Origin: Octopus vulgaris
Lineage: Eukaryota
Direction: 5' to 3'
DNA length: 64,000 nt
Assembly: GCA_951406725.2 (NCBI GenBank)
Contig: OX597818.1
Span: 116,622,001-116,686,000 of the forward strand
The notes under the pieces are model-generated. The model worked only from the letters and a program-made list of their open reading frames with translations. It was not told where the DNA came from and did no database searches. A program made the translations under genes and the position numbers. The stretch's first letter is position 1. Every line of letters starts with the position of its first letter. This document shows positions 1 to 13,399 of this stretch, piece after piece.

Positions 1-256
1 ATAAACGTATATATATATATATATTATATATATATATATATGTATGTATATGTATGTATTATATATATATATATATATGCAGATATGTATTATATATATA
101 TATGAATGTGTATATATATATATGAATGTGTATATATATATATATATATCTGTATATATATATTCATATATATGTATATATATATATGAATATATATATA
201 TGCATATATATATCTGTATATGTATATATATGGATATATATATATGTGTATGTATG

Positions 257-289
<33 letters not shown>

Positions 290-335
290 CTGTGTGTGTG
301 TGTGTATTTATGCATGCATATACACCTTCATACAC
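1..335. repeat. Compound (TA)n/(TG)n microsatellite
   Basis: Direct reading; explains the YIYI/VCVC ORFs. Confidence 0.95.
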
Positions 336-799
336 ACAAGTACATAGGGACAATATATAAAGTGTTGCAGATACATAACTATGTCTAAGAATTCTACTAA
401 CGTCACTGTTAATGGGTGTTTTGCCTTCTTGCAGATCTCTTGTTTTTCTTGTTAGCGTTACTTCAATGCTTTTTTTTTTACGTGTGATTTATTAATGGGA
501 GTATTTCTTTTTATTCTCTTCTATTTAGAAAGCAAAATTTAACCCGTAGTTAAGGAACAAAAAATTAGAGTTTCTTTTCTTTCGTTCTCGCGTTTGACCG
601 TCGACTGTGAGTGCGTGTTTGCCCTTAATCACCCTTTATGGGTTTCCATTCTTGTTATGCAGTTATAATATATTTTTGTATTTATTGCAAGGTATGTATG
701 TATATGCTGCGAATTTACCAAAAACAAACAAAACAAAAGACGAAACGGGTGTGTAAACAACAGATAGATGTATTAGTTTAACGCCGGGGAAGTGAGAAT

Positions 800-838
800 G
801 TCTTTTACATTTTGAACCTCCGCTCTTCAACAGAAAAG
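800..838 (-). ncRNA. Highly degenerate hammerhead-like relic in a microsatellite-flanked insert
   Basis: Minus strand reads TTGAAGA-gcggaggttc-AAAA-tg-TA, which has CUGANGA/GAAA/UH spacing but core substitutions. Confidence 0.25.
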
Positions 839-968
839 AACACAGAAATAAACAGAGAGAAAATAAAAAGAAAGAGAAAATAAAAAGGACAGAGAAAATA
901 CAATAAAATAAAAAGAGAGATAAATTATATAAAAAAAGGTTTAGTGGCTAGCGATCAATCATGGCGAA

Positions 969-995
969 TGTATATATATATATATATATATATAA

Positions 996-1074
<79 letters not shown>
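969..1074. repeat. (TA)n microsatellite
   Basis: Direct reading. Confidence 0.95.
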
Positions 1075-1078
<4 letters not shown>

Positions 1079-1939
1079 GTATTAGGTCCGCGCAAATTTT
1101 CCTGTATTTAAGGCATTTGTGACCAATAAAAATAGCCAAATTTCACTGTTTTATTAAGGTAGTGGAAAGAAATTGTGCGAGGACATTTTTCAGGCTTGTA
1201 TTGGCTGAATAACTGGGTATTTTGTGCGGGGCTTCTCCTGCAATACGCTGATGTTCTTTCTCTCACTTAAGGGTTTTTCTTGCTAAATTTCCATTTTCAA
1301 ATATTTCGTCTGTTTTAAGTTCATTTCCTGAATGATTTGTTAAATAGATTGACTAAGTATACACTTATTTAAATTATTTGGTGAATGCTAGTTAATGCTC
1401 TCCTTTTGTATCTTTGCATTGTGGTCAATGTCTCGGGCTCTTGTGACCGATAAAAATATGTCTTAGATTCATTCTTATTCCTCTTGATGAAATTAATGGA
1501 TATGCGCAAATGAACAGGGAATATCGGCTTCCCTCAACTGCACAAAACTTGGTAAATGTACTTTTCTACTCTAAGCAGAAGGTTCGAAATTTAGGGGAAA
1601 GGGAGCAAGTCGATTAGATTGACCCCAGTACAAAACTTGGTGAATGTCACCATGTTTTCATTTTCCATTTGAAGAGGATGCTAATGGTCGAGGAATTATT
1701 ACAGACCATCTGTAAATTATTTTGGAAGCTGGGCATTGTTTTGATGCAACGATCAATGATTTGGTTTCACCAATGAGTTGAAGACATGAGAGAGCTTATA
1801 ACCGAATCAGTGGTCGCTTCGATTTATTGGAAGATTTTTTATTGTTGCTGTAGTTTAACTGACCGACGTTGAAATACGCTTCTTTCCTCATCATTTCATC
1901 TTATGTTTAGAGTCAGTGAGTATAAAATTGTTTGAAATT

Positions 1940-2275
1940 TTCACACAAGGCCGGCGATAGACTACAGTCGATTACATATATTATAGTATTTAAATGTTAC
2001 TTTATTTTACCGACCTTAAAAAGATGAAAGGCTAAGCTGACTTTTGAATTCAGATTAAGGAAAGCCGTAAGAAACAACGCTAAGCATTTAGTTCGATGCA
2101 CTAATGATTCTACCAGTTCGCTGCTTTAATGGTTTCAGATTTTGGCACGAGGCCAGCGATACTAGCAAGGAACATTATCGACTATATTAACAACAATTGC
2201 TAGACTACTATTTATTTTACTGACACCGAAAGAATGAAAGACAAGTTTGCCCTCAGCGGGGGGTTTGAACTCATA
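1940..2275 (-). mobile_element. Two old, diverged SINE-A copies in tandem
   Basis: Degenerate matches to gtcgattac...ttatcgaccccgaaaggatgaaaggc...tttgaactcag. Confidence 0.65.
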
Positions 2276-2471
2276 TTGTGTATAACATTATGATGTCCAG
2301 TGTATCAACGCTTTTTCAAGATGATAATAGGGCGTGAATTTCTCGAAAGGCTTGACTCCTTTTTCTATACAGGTCATACAATTTCTGATTTTCTTCCATT
2401 CATTTTTTTTATGTAAGGTTGACAGAATTGTGTAGTGTTGTACAACATTCGTCAATCTATGAGCTTATATT

Positions 2472-2879
2472 TGTTGTTGTTTATTTATTGTCCACAAGGG
2501 GCTAAACATACACGGGACAAACAAGAACAGACGAGAGGATTAAGTAGATTACATCGACCCCAGTGCGTAACTAGTACTTATTTAATCGACCCCGAAAGAA
2601 TAAAAGGCAAAGTCGACCTCGGCGGAATTCGAACTCAGAACATAGCGGCAGACGAAATACCTATTTCTTTACTACCCACAGAGAGGAAAAACAAATACAG
2701 ACAAACGGATTAAGTCAATTATATCGACTCCAGTGCGCAACTGGTACTTATTTAATCGACCCCGAAAGGATGAAAGGCAAAGTCGTCCTCGGCGGAATTT
2801 GAACTCAGAACGTAACGGCAGAGGAAATACCGCTAAGAATTTCGCCACGCGTGCTAACGCTTCTGCCAGCTCGCCGCCT
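2472..2879 (-). mobile_element. SINE-A (tRNA-derived, Meta/MESC-like central domain), two internal units
   Basis: Minus-strand head ggcggcgagctggcagaagcgttagc, B-box gttcaaattcc, body gcctttcatcctttcggggtcgat..agtaccag; 16-bp TSD tctatgagcttatatt at 2456-2471 and 2880-2895. Confidence 0.9.
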
Positions 2880-3558
2880 TCTATGAGCTTATATTGAGGG
2901 GGTGATTGTTGCTTCTCAAACTTCCAAATTCAGTTAAAACACACCAATCAGATACTTTGGCTGGAATATATCGATTACAACGCCTCCTCCAAATCTGATT
3001 CTTGCGTTAGGATTCCTTCAGCAACTGATTCCTCTTTTTTTTTTTTTTTGATGATGAGCAAATCGCTTACAAATGAAATATTTCAAAGTAATAGTCTACT
3101 TGAAAGCAAAAAGAAAAACAAAAGTCTCGGGTTCGAAATTTGATCCGTTTGACGTTGTCTCTGTATTTCACCCTACGAACTAGAGATGATCCGTTTGCTT
3201 GCTCTGTTACACGGAGTGCAAGTCATGTGGCTAAAAATTTAAAAGTGCTAGGCATACAGTCATAAAAGGTCGCGGGTTCGACTTCCGGAATTCCTGAGCC
3301 GAGCCCTCATATAAACACATACACACACCTATACGCACACACCTATACCAACAAAAGTTTTTTAATGAATGCACTGAAAATAGTCAATACAAAGACCTAA
3401 CGCACACACATACACAACACCTTAATTAAATAAGGAAATGAATAATATCGTTCCAAGTTCGTTTATACGGTCTAGCACCTTGAACAAATGTCTTTCACTG
3501 TAGCCTCATGTTGATAACAGCGTTCCATTCGGCAGACAGAAACTGAAGTACGTCGTGC

Positions 3559-3559
<1 letters not shown>

Positions 3560-3633
<74 letters not shown>

Positions 3634-3675
3634 CATCTATCTATGTATCTATCAGTCTATACACATATATATGTA

Positions 3676-3710
<35 letters not shown>

Positions 3711-3729
3711 CTATATATATGTCTATATG

Positions 3730-3761
<32 letters not shown>

Positions 3762-3834
3762 TATATATATATACATATATCTACATATATAAACACACTC
3801 AAATATATATATATATATATATATGTATATAGAA

Positions 3835-3892
<58 letters not shown>

Positions 3893-3950
3893 GTATATAT
3901 GCATATATTTATATTATATATATATAATGTATATATGCATTTTTTTATAT

Positions 3951-4022
<72 letters not shown>

Positions 4023-4035
4023 CGCTATATATAAA
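3560..4035. repeat. (ATCT)n followed by degenerate (TA)n
   Basis: Direct reading. Confidence 0.95.
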
Positions 4036-4040
4036 CATCA

Positions 4041-4162
4041 CTGTATATTTATTTTATTATAAATGCAAAACAAGACCAAGGAGGAATCGACGTAAGCTTC
4101 AATAATAAACTGCAATAGGTGAATCGCGATAGGTGAACCGCAATATGGCGAGGGATTACTGT
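4041..4162. mobile_element. Terminal fragment of a pogo/Tigger-like DNA transposon
   Basis: Ends ccgcaatatggcgagggattactg, whose reverse complement cagtaatccctcgccatattgcgg resembles a Tigger/pogo TIR; no partner TIR seen. Confidence 0.5.
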
Positions 4163-4596
4163 TCTGCATACTGGCCTGTACACGCGATTTATTTGTTAAA
4201 ATAATTCATAAAATATATATTTTCATTAAAACTATCTTCCAAAAACACTTGACCATAAAAGGCATCATTCTTCAAAAACTCAGCAGATACAACACAAATT
4301 TGTTTTCCCGATAAACTATTTTTTAAAAATAAATTCTGGTACAACCTCCAGTTGAAAAACTTTTCACGCATACATACAAATAAAGAAAAATAAATATAAG
4401 TAGAGAAATAAACAATATCACTCGCCCCCAACTGCTGAATCATAAACAAAAAAAATATTCCAGGCATCTAGAAGAGCCAGTAATACGAACATGACACGAC
4501 AGAAATATTATATACAACATGAAAAACAGAATGGCGGAACACAAACAGCAGATCATACACATAAACCTACGGATACAGACATACAGAAACACACAC

Positions 4597-4657
<61 letters not shown>

Positions 4658-4785
4658 AGAGAAAAAACCTCTATTAAACAATTCAATAATGAAAGATGTT
4701 ATTTACACTATATAGAAAACATATACTATAAAATCCCCTTATTAAAAAATCAATAAAGTAAAATAAATTGTAAATAGTATTAAAA

Positions 4786-4848
4786 AGACTTCACACGTTT
4801 CTTGGCTATATTTTCAAATAGATAATAAAATAGTCACTCATCAGGTCT
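4786..4848 (-). ncRNA. Degenerate minimal type-I hammerhead (PLE pLTR-like relic)
   Basis: Minus strand: agac-CTGATGA-g-tgactat..atagcca-a-GAAA-cgtg-TG-aa-gtct; helix II pairs 6/7, helix I agac/gtct, cleavage-site base is G. Confidence 0.5.
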
Positions 4849-5141
4849 AAGATAATAATAAAAAATAATAATAATAAGTAATGATACTAAAATAAAAATA
4901 CTTAACTTCTATTAACTATAAATAATCGAAAAGCATTTAACAATATTTCTTAAAATAAAAATATAACATGTGGAGATTTAATGAAAAAATATGATATATT
5001 AATGCTAATAGTAATCATCCACCCTCTATTAAGAAATCACTGATAGATAGAATAAAAAGACAGAGAATAAAACAGAAAGAGAATATAAAATGATTTTGGA
5101 GGTAGCGATCAATCATAGCTATGTATGTATGCATGTATGTG

Positions 5142-5173
<32 letters not shown>

Positions 5174-5922
5174 TGTATGTATGTATGTATGTATGTATGT
5201 ATACACCACCGATACCGTGGCGTAACAGTATCGCCTACAGATCGCGGTGGCCTGAAACCTAAGTCGCGAAGCAGAATTTCAGCATCAGTTTCAATTAGTA
5301 AGTATACATACATACACACATATATTTATACACACATCACATGTATGTATATATGTATGTATGTGTGTTGTGTGAGTATGTAGGTATCTATGGGTGCTTG
5401 TCTTTATGCTTGTCACCCACCACTGCTTGACAAATGAAATCGCCTTCTTACGTCTTACGTCCCAATAGCTTAATCGTTCGGCAAAAATGAAACCGATGTT
5501 ATAAGTACCAGGACCGATTTAATTCACTAAAATCGTCAATGCGGTGCTCCAGCATGGCCTATCCACAGTTTAATGACTGAGACAAAAGAGTAAATAGGAT
5601 CTCTCACTCACACTCTCCCTCACCCTCCGTCTGTCTCTCTTTATACATACATGCATGCATACATGCATACATATATACATACATGCATACATACGTACAT
5701 ACATAATACATACATACATACATACACACACATATACTTACATACAAATATCCATACATATATTTATATACATATATACATATATATATATACATATAGA
5801 GATATGTATGTGTATAATATGTATATAATTTAACACACACACCGGTAAAATTTCCACTCATTGCCTTCTCTATTTTTCTAAAAGTTTCCGTTGCGTCTTG
5901 CAGCCTTATCAATAGTCGTTCA

Positions 5923-6027
<105 letters not shown>

Positions 6028-7342
6028 ACAGTCGTATATAGCAAGGAAGCAGGAATTCTATACAGTGATAAATATAATTTAATGCCACACGTCACTTCTG
6101 ATTGTGCAAATCTCTGATCAATGATAACCATCTTTTACCAGAGATTTTTTATTTCCATGATAGGGTGTAAATATTTCAAATGCATTTCATACTTTCAGAT
6201 AGTATGGGCGTGGTTTGAATCTAATTTATCAAAGAACCTTATACAGTAAAACTTTTGGTTCGATTTAATTGAGAAATCATTATGGCTGACCTTACATCAT
6301 AATCACCGAAATTTCTTCTAACATAATTCTCTTTAGCGGAAGAATGAGTTTTCATTCTTACGCTTGATGCGTTTATTTTCTATAAATGCAAAGAAAACTA
6401 TTTTGCTACCAGTGATTCAATTTACGCAAAATAATGCACACATTTAAACAAATAATGCGCACGTAATTCGTAATTCCAATATCTTCAAGCAAGACAATAG
6501 ATTTCTTAGAGGTAAATTTTGATTTCAATCAAGGTGTTCATCAGAAATTACAACTAATCTATCGCTTAATTGTTTTGTTTATTATCCTAATTCATTCTGT
6601 TACACTGAAGAAAATTCTTATGCCATGTGCGCAATCTTATAACTATTAAACTTAATTTTCGAATCAGAAACTTTAATTTTATGCTTGTAAAACAATGATG
6701 TTCTTTCTGTAATTGTTACTTGGCCTACTTATTGTTACAGCTAAAGCAAAATTTCCTAATAATGCTTTCTACGATGGTCGTCAAACCTGCTAGAAATAAC
6801 AGCTAAATCTCCATGCTGTTGCTTTAAAAACAGACATATTGGATCACGTAATCATAAGCTACATCTGAAAACAAGGTAGACGCGCTTTGATTATTGGTTT
6901 GACTGAACATAAACAAGGCAACAGCGGGTTGCATTAACGGGCTTTAATCTTATATCCAGCTTTACTTAATATGATTATCAAAATGATCCACAAGATTGAG
7001 GGCAACGTGAGGCTCATCCGGTTACTTGAAATATTAGCGGGATCAACACGAAATCCTGCCTACAGTCTTAAAACAGAAGGAGATTTAGAATAATGCCGGT
7101 CTGCATAAGCTGACGAACAAAATGGCAAGAAGGTGACAGTGTGCAAAGCTTCGATGATAGGTTTGTTTTCTCGAAGCTGTCAGAAGATAAGAAAATAACT
7201 AATGTCTCATTCTGGAATGAGTCAATAATTTAAAACATTAAATCTGAAATGATTCCGTTAAATTAGATTCTGGAAATATAAAGAATGAAAACTCATATGG
7301 AATTAAATCTGTACGAGCAGAATATATATATATATTTATATA

Positions 7343-7418
<76 letters not shown>

Positions 7419-8249
7419 CATGTGTGTACACATACACATATATATGTATATATTTAAAGAGAGTGAGAGAGAGGGACGCACATCAATCACTAAGTCCATC
7501 AATCGCATTCGTTTTTAGCAAGCGGTATCATTACCCTCCTTTTCTTCAAATATACCTCTATTTATGTATGTATACACAAATATTCTTTTGTGGGGATAAT
7601 GGTTCTTGAAGCACATCGCATACAGCTATAAAGAATAGAAAGTAATTATTAGCTGAAGTACGTTTTTAGATAAGCAAAAACAGTCGAATACTAACGGTTG
7701 TCTTAAATAAACTGTATTTATTGGGATACAAGGAATAAAAACAAATACTTGAGTTTCTAATGATTCAGACAAAATCCTTTAGAGCTGAAACGAATGAAAG
7801 AATGAAACGAAAGAGGGAAGATAAGGAAACTCCAAAGAAAATAGCGAAGACAGATGATAGGCAAATATAGGCTCACCCTCATGAAATAAACGAATTTCTG
7901 CAAGTCATCAGAACTAACGTAACTCTATTTCATACGCATTTCGGCAATTTTAAATGCACTAGCTTTAGATGCAATACTTGTTCCAATATCAGCAACTCTA
8001 GAGTCATCATCGGACCTCAGTCACAGTGCCATGTCATTAACGTCTACTGCATTTCTGCTGCACTTTCTGCAACGTAATCTAATTTCCTCTCTAACAAACA
8101 TGGCTTTCGTTGACGAAAGAGATCACCGCCGCGCCTATCACGTCAAGAAAACATTCTATATGTTCTCCAGCGTAGGCTAGACCGACCAATCACGTCCCTC
8201 TCCTGGTAGGTGTTGATTAGCTACCTATCAGTGTCCAGCATCTCTACAC

Positions 8250-9030
8250 ACAGCGGAATTTGAACTCAGAATGTAAAGACAGGTGATATAAAGCTAAGCC
8301 TGTTGTCCGGTGCTAACGATTCTTTTCTACTAAGGCCTGAACTTGGGGGGAGGGTGATAGTCGATTACATCGACCATAGTGCGCCACTGGTACTTAAGGA
8401 TGAAAGGCAGAGTCGGCCTTGGTGGAATTTGAACTCAGAACGTAGCGGCAGACGGTAATACCTATTTCTTTACTACCCACTAGGGGCTAAACATAGAAGG
8501 GACAAATAAAGTCAGACAAACGAATTAAGTCGATTATATCGACCCCAGTGCGTAACTGGTAGTTATTTAATCGACGCCGAAAGGATGAAAGGCAAAGTCG
8601 ACCTCGGCGGAATTTGAACTCAGAACGTAGCGGCATACGAAATACCTATTTCTTTATTACCCACAAGGGCCAAACATAGAACGGACAAACAAGGACAGAC
8701 ATAGGTATTAAGTCGATTACATCGACCCCAGTGCGTAACTGGTACTTATTTAATCGATCCCGAAAGGATGAAAGGCAAAGTCGACCTCGGCGGAATTTGA
8801 ACTGACAACGTAACGGCAGACGAAATACCGAAAAGCATTTCCCCCGGCGCGCTAACGTTTCTGACAGCTCGCTGCCTGAATAATAATAATGATTGATAAT
8901 AATAATAATAATAATAATAATCATCTTTTCTACTCTAGGCACAGGGCCTGAAATTTTTAGGGGAGGGGGGCCAGTCGATTAGATCGACCCTAGTACGCAA
9001 CGGGTACTTAATTTAATTAATTAATTAATA

Positions 9031-9100
<70 letters not shown>

Positions 9101-9205
9101 GTAATGGTTTCGAACTTTGGCTGATGGCCAGCATGTTTGAGGGAGGGGGTAAATCGATTACATCGGCCTAACTGCTGAACTGCTATGTTATTGATCCCGG
9201 AAGAT
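8250..9205 (-). mobile_element. Head-to-tail cluster of SINE-A copies, including a multi-unit copy (head near 8877) and (TAA)n tracts
   Basis: Repeated ~190-bp unit gaaatacctatttctttactacccac..gggctaaaca..gtcgattatatcgaccccagtgcgtaactgg. Confidence 0.9.
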
Positions 9206-9464
9206 AATTCTGTTAATTCACAAATCCTCGTGTTTCTAATAATAGAAATACGGGGATTTGAGGATTAACAGAATCGTTAGAATGTTGGAAAAAACGCTTT
9301 GCCCGTATTTCTTACTGCACTTTCCACTCTGCATTCAGTTGCTACCGAGGTTAACGTACCATTTCATCCCTCTGACGGTATAGTACCTACCAAGTACTCG
9401 GGCCTATGGTATCGACTAAGTTCCACCTCTATGTATTGCTACTCTAGTACTTCAGTCAAAAACT

Positions 9465-9755
9465 GTGGAGGCACGTGGCCTAGTGGTTAGAGCAGTGGAC
9501 TTCCGGTCGAGGGATCGCGGGTTCGAGTCTCAGACCGAGCGATTTGTGTGTTTAGGAGTGAAACACATAAGCTCCACGCGGCTCCGGCAGAATGTAATGG
9601 TGAACTTCTGCTGACTCTTTCGCCACATCTTTCTCTCACTCTTTCCTCCTGCATCTTGCAGCTCACTTACGACGGACCGGCGTCCCGTCCAGGTGGGGAA
9701 TCCAGGAAACCGGCCCTTATGAGCCAGGCATGGCTCGAGAACGATCAAGCAACAA
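9465..9755 (+). mobile_element. SINE-C (tRNA head, 3' module i)
   Basis: ggaggcacgtggcctagtggttagagc A-box, gttcgagtc B-box; imperfect TSD agtc[a/t]aaaact. Confidence 0.88.
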
Positions 9756-10070
9756 GTCTAAAACTATTATTAAGAAAAAGACGAAGAGAGATGTTCGGCT
9801 GAATCTTTTGTCGAAAAAAAAAAGACATTTTTATTCTGGCTCTTTAAGTTCAAGTTCAAATTCACCCAAGGTTAACTTTACTTTCCGTCTTCTCAGGGTC
9901 GATGCAGCAAAGTAAAAGTCAGATAATATGGTTGAGTTACCCTAGTAAATCTTTCTCTCAAAATTCAAACCATAACCGATGTAACAAAGAATTTCCAATA
10001 TCGATGGAGACATTGATATAAACGAGGATATAAATTATATTTAATTATATATTGTTGTTTAGTCCCAAGT

Positions 10071-10416
10071 GTGAAGGCGCATGGCTCAGCGGTGAGAGCG
10101 TCGAGCTTATGATTGTGAGATTGTGAGTTCGATTCCCGGACCGGGCTGCGTGCTGTGCTCTTATCTTGATCAAAACACTTTATTTCACGTTGCTCCAGTT
10201 CACTCAGCTGCAGAATTGAGTTGCGACATCACAGGTGCCAAGCTGTATCGGCCCCTTTGCCTTTCCCTTGGATAACATCAGTGGTGTGGAGAGGGGAGGC
10301 TGGTATGCATGGGCGACTGCTGGCCTTCTATAAACAACCTTGCCCGAGCTTGTACCTCGGAGGGTAACTTTCTAAGTGGAATCCCAAGGTCATTCATGAC
10401 CGAAGGGGGTCTCTCC
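10071..10416 (+). mobile_element. SINE-D (tRNA head plus CORE-like domain)
   Basis: gaaggcgcatggctcagcgg..gttcgattccc..cactttatttcacgttgctccagttcactcagctg; 10-bp TSD agtcccaagt. Confidence 0.9.
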
Positions 10417-10596
10417 AGTCCCAAGTCAACGCTAGTCTAGCAGCCATTCCATTCACTGCTTTCTACATGTAACCGCTTCTTATTTTCCCGAATATAGTGT
10501 ATCTAACTTAACGACAATATCTGTCACACACGGGAGAAAATACATTATATCAGTCCGTTATTGTGCAAGCATTTACTGCTTGCTCTTGCAACACAC

Positions 10597-10900
10597 TGTG
10601 GAGACGCAATAGCCCAGTGGTTAGGGCATCGGACTTGCGGTCGGAGGATCGCGGTTTCGATTCCCAGACCGTGTTTATTGAACGAAAACACCTAAATCTC
10701 CGCGAGGCTCCGGCAGGGGGTGGTGGCGACCCCTGTTGTACTCTTTCGCCCCAACTTTCTCTCACTCTTTCTTCCAGTCTCTTGGGTAACGCTGCGATGG
10801 ACTGGCGTAACGTCCTGCTGGGGGAACATATACGCCACAGAAACCAGGAAACCGGGCCCATGAGCCTGGCTAGGCTTTAAAAGGGCGACGTTTATCATTT
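10597..10900 (+). mobile_element. SINE-C (3' module ii, V-domain-like)
   Basis: Head shared with 29838; gctgcgatggactggcg motif; TSD ttg[c/t]aacaca. Confidence 0.88.
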
Positions 10901-11460
10901 TTGTAACACATTGTATCTAAGTTACTTATTAAATCTTCCTTTCTTTCTCTAAAGACGGTAGTGGTTCGTTTGAGCTTAGATTTGGTTGATAGCTCTAGCA
11001 GGTCGAGCAACTGTATAGAGAATTCTTAATCATTTCTTATGGGAGTGGCAAATGCGCTTCGAAATCAACTGAAAACTTCGAAATAATTTCCATTTGCAAA
11101 CAATCAAAGTCACGTTCGGGATGAAATAAAAATCTTACGTGTTCAATTCCGTCGTTAATTCCATTGTCAACATCATAATATTTCATTTTTCATAAAACTA
11201 TATTCGCGTGCCGTTTCTCTCATTGCAGACAGGAGCACGCAGTAACGAACCATTAACCTCTTGTCAAATGGGGCAAAAACTTAATTTTGATTCCTGGACG
11301 TTGACATCATTTCCCATTGCATATTGTTACAGCATACGAGAATGGCTGGATTTTATTGCTTATCACATCTACACGCCTCACGCCATAAAACCGCCATACT
11401 CCATAGCAATGAAGAAAAATTTATTTCCCCTTCATCTCTGGCATATTACTGCTGTCATTC

Positions 11461-11533
<73 letters not shown>
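11461..11533. repeat. (ATCT)n microsatellite
   Basis: Direct reading. Confidence 0.95.
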
Positions 11534-11534
<1 letters not shown>

Positions 11535-11801
11535 GGCTTGCTCTAAACTTTCACCCTGTTTCTCTTTGGCACTTAGTCTCTACACCCCCGCTGTACTTCT
11601 TTTTCTTCACTCCAAACCTGCTTATCAATGGACATCTTTTATATGTGTAATTATGACTTTTCGTGTATAGTGTTAAAGTGCTCAATACGTTCCTGGAATG
11701 AAATGTTTAGTGCCCAATAAATATTTATATATCTGTAACTATGCAATGAAATCCATAATATGATTTCACAGATCTTACAGTGAGTTAGCAAAATAGAGAG
11801 G

Positions 11802-11832
<31 letters not shown>

Positions 11833-12029
11833 TGTATAAGTGTATATATGTATACAGATGTACGTATATATAAATATATATAGATGCACGTATAAACACA
11901 TACAAACTCGTACATGTATATATATATATATCGTTGTATCTCAGCTTGTCAACTGGTCAGACTTTTGTCTAATGCCTGTAATAAGGCAAATTCTCTGAAT
12001 TCAATAAATGTATTTTTTTTCCATCACTA

Positions 12030-12448
12030 GTATTATTCAGGGCAATCATCTCAGTTAGTAAGTCGATACCATCGACCTGGTACTTGACCAGCACTATATC
12101 TTATCGACTCCCAAATGGATAAAAAGCAAAGCTGACATCGGTGGGCTTTGAACTCAAAACGGAAAGAGGTGTATCTAATACTGTACAGCACTTTTCTGAC
12201 TTTCTAACGATTTTGGCAGCTCAATGCTTTTAATAATAAATATATTGGTCTCACACTTTTGGCACAAAGCCAGCAATTTCGGTGGAGGGTGTAAGTCGAT
12301 TATATCGATCCGTGTGTTGAGCTGGTCTTTATTTTATCGACCCCGAAAAGATGAAATGTAAAGTCTACCTAGGAATATTTTGAAGACGGACGAAATGCCA
12401 CCGAACATGTTGCCAGGCGTGCTAAAGATACGGCCAGCTCGCCGCCTT
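12030..12448 (-). mobile_element. Two diverged SINE-A copies in tandem
   Basis: ttatcgaccccgaaaagatgaaa..gccagctcgccgcctt. Confidence 0.75.
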
Positions 12449-13399
12449 TAATATTATTTAATATTAATAAGAATTTACTAATAAGTGACGTACACAGGAT
12501 TATGAACTTAAGAAATGTGGAATACGAACCATTTGGTTATTGACAAGAAATCATATAAAAGGAGAAAATGAAAAAAGATGTTATGCCAGAAATATATAAA
12601 ATATTAGAAACTCGCTAAAAATACAGAATAGGTATATATTTAGATCGAACACAATTATTGTATAAGAGATAGTCGGGACGTTTTAGTTTAAAATATACGC
12701 GAAAACAAACTACATAATCGAGAATCCTACCGGTGAGAAACCCGCAAAGGGATCTAATTAGGGTACCCCACAATTGTGATTCTCTCCCGCTGGCGTCTAT
12801 AGTCGTGTCTCGTACTCCAAGTAATCTCCCTCCCCAGGGAAGTCAAGTGAAGCATGATCTCTTTTGATGGCTTGTATAAACGTCTTTGTAACAGTTTTTT
12901 CTTCTTTGAAAGACTCAGTGTAGAGAAACCATCTTCTTACCTATCCGTTTTTTCCTGTAATTTCCTATAATATTCTTGTAATTTCTTGAAATCTCCGAAT
13001 AATATTTCTTTTCCGTGCGAGGAATAGGAAATTTCATTGCGATGATGTTCTAGGGAGATGGCCTTCTCACACGTTTTGCCTGGTATCTTCTCCTGCTTTT
13101 CAATGCTCGCTTTTAGATATAGTCACTTAAAAGCACTGTTATCATTTTGAGAATTAGCCATGCTGTAAAGCAACCGACGTCATCTAGGTATTTCTATTCC
13201 ACTTTGTGCTACGTTATTCATGCAGTCTTTAACAATAAACTATCATTGTTTTCCTTTTTACACTCCTCTGATGCAGCATTTTTTTCATAGGTTTGATAAA
13301 CACACAGCTCTTATTTAAGGGAGAATTTTACGAGCGTAAAAGTCGCGTTGGATCTTTTCCCATGGCGAAATAAACACAATTCAAACTTCTACTTTGTAT

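Noticed and set aside
420-700. Possible exon (ttcttgcag acceptor, aag|gtatgt donor)
   Set aside because: The enclosed sequence is T-rich with stops and no coding signal; such sites arise by chance
1080-1500. Penelope GIY-YIG remnant on the minus strand
   Set aside because: Only vague KWK..LQEK similarity across frameshifts; not supportable by eye
8400-8880. CRISPR-like regularly spaced repeats
   Set aside because: The intervening sequences are also repeated; these are tandem SINE-A units
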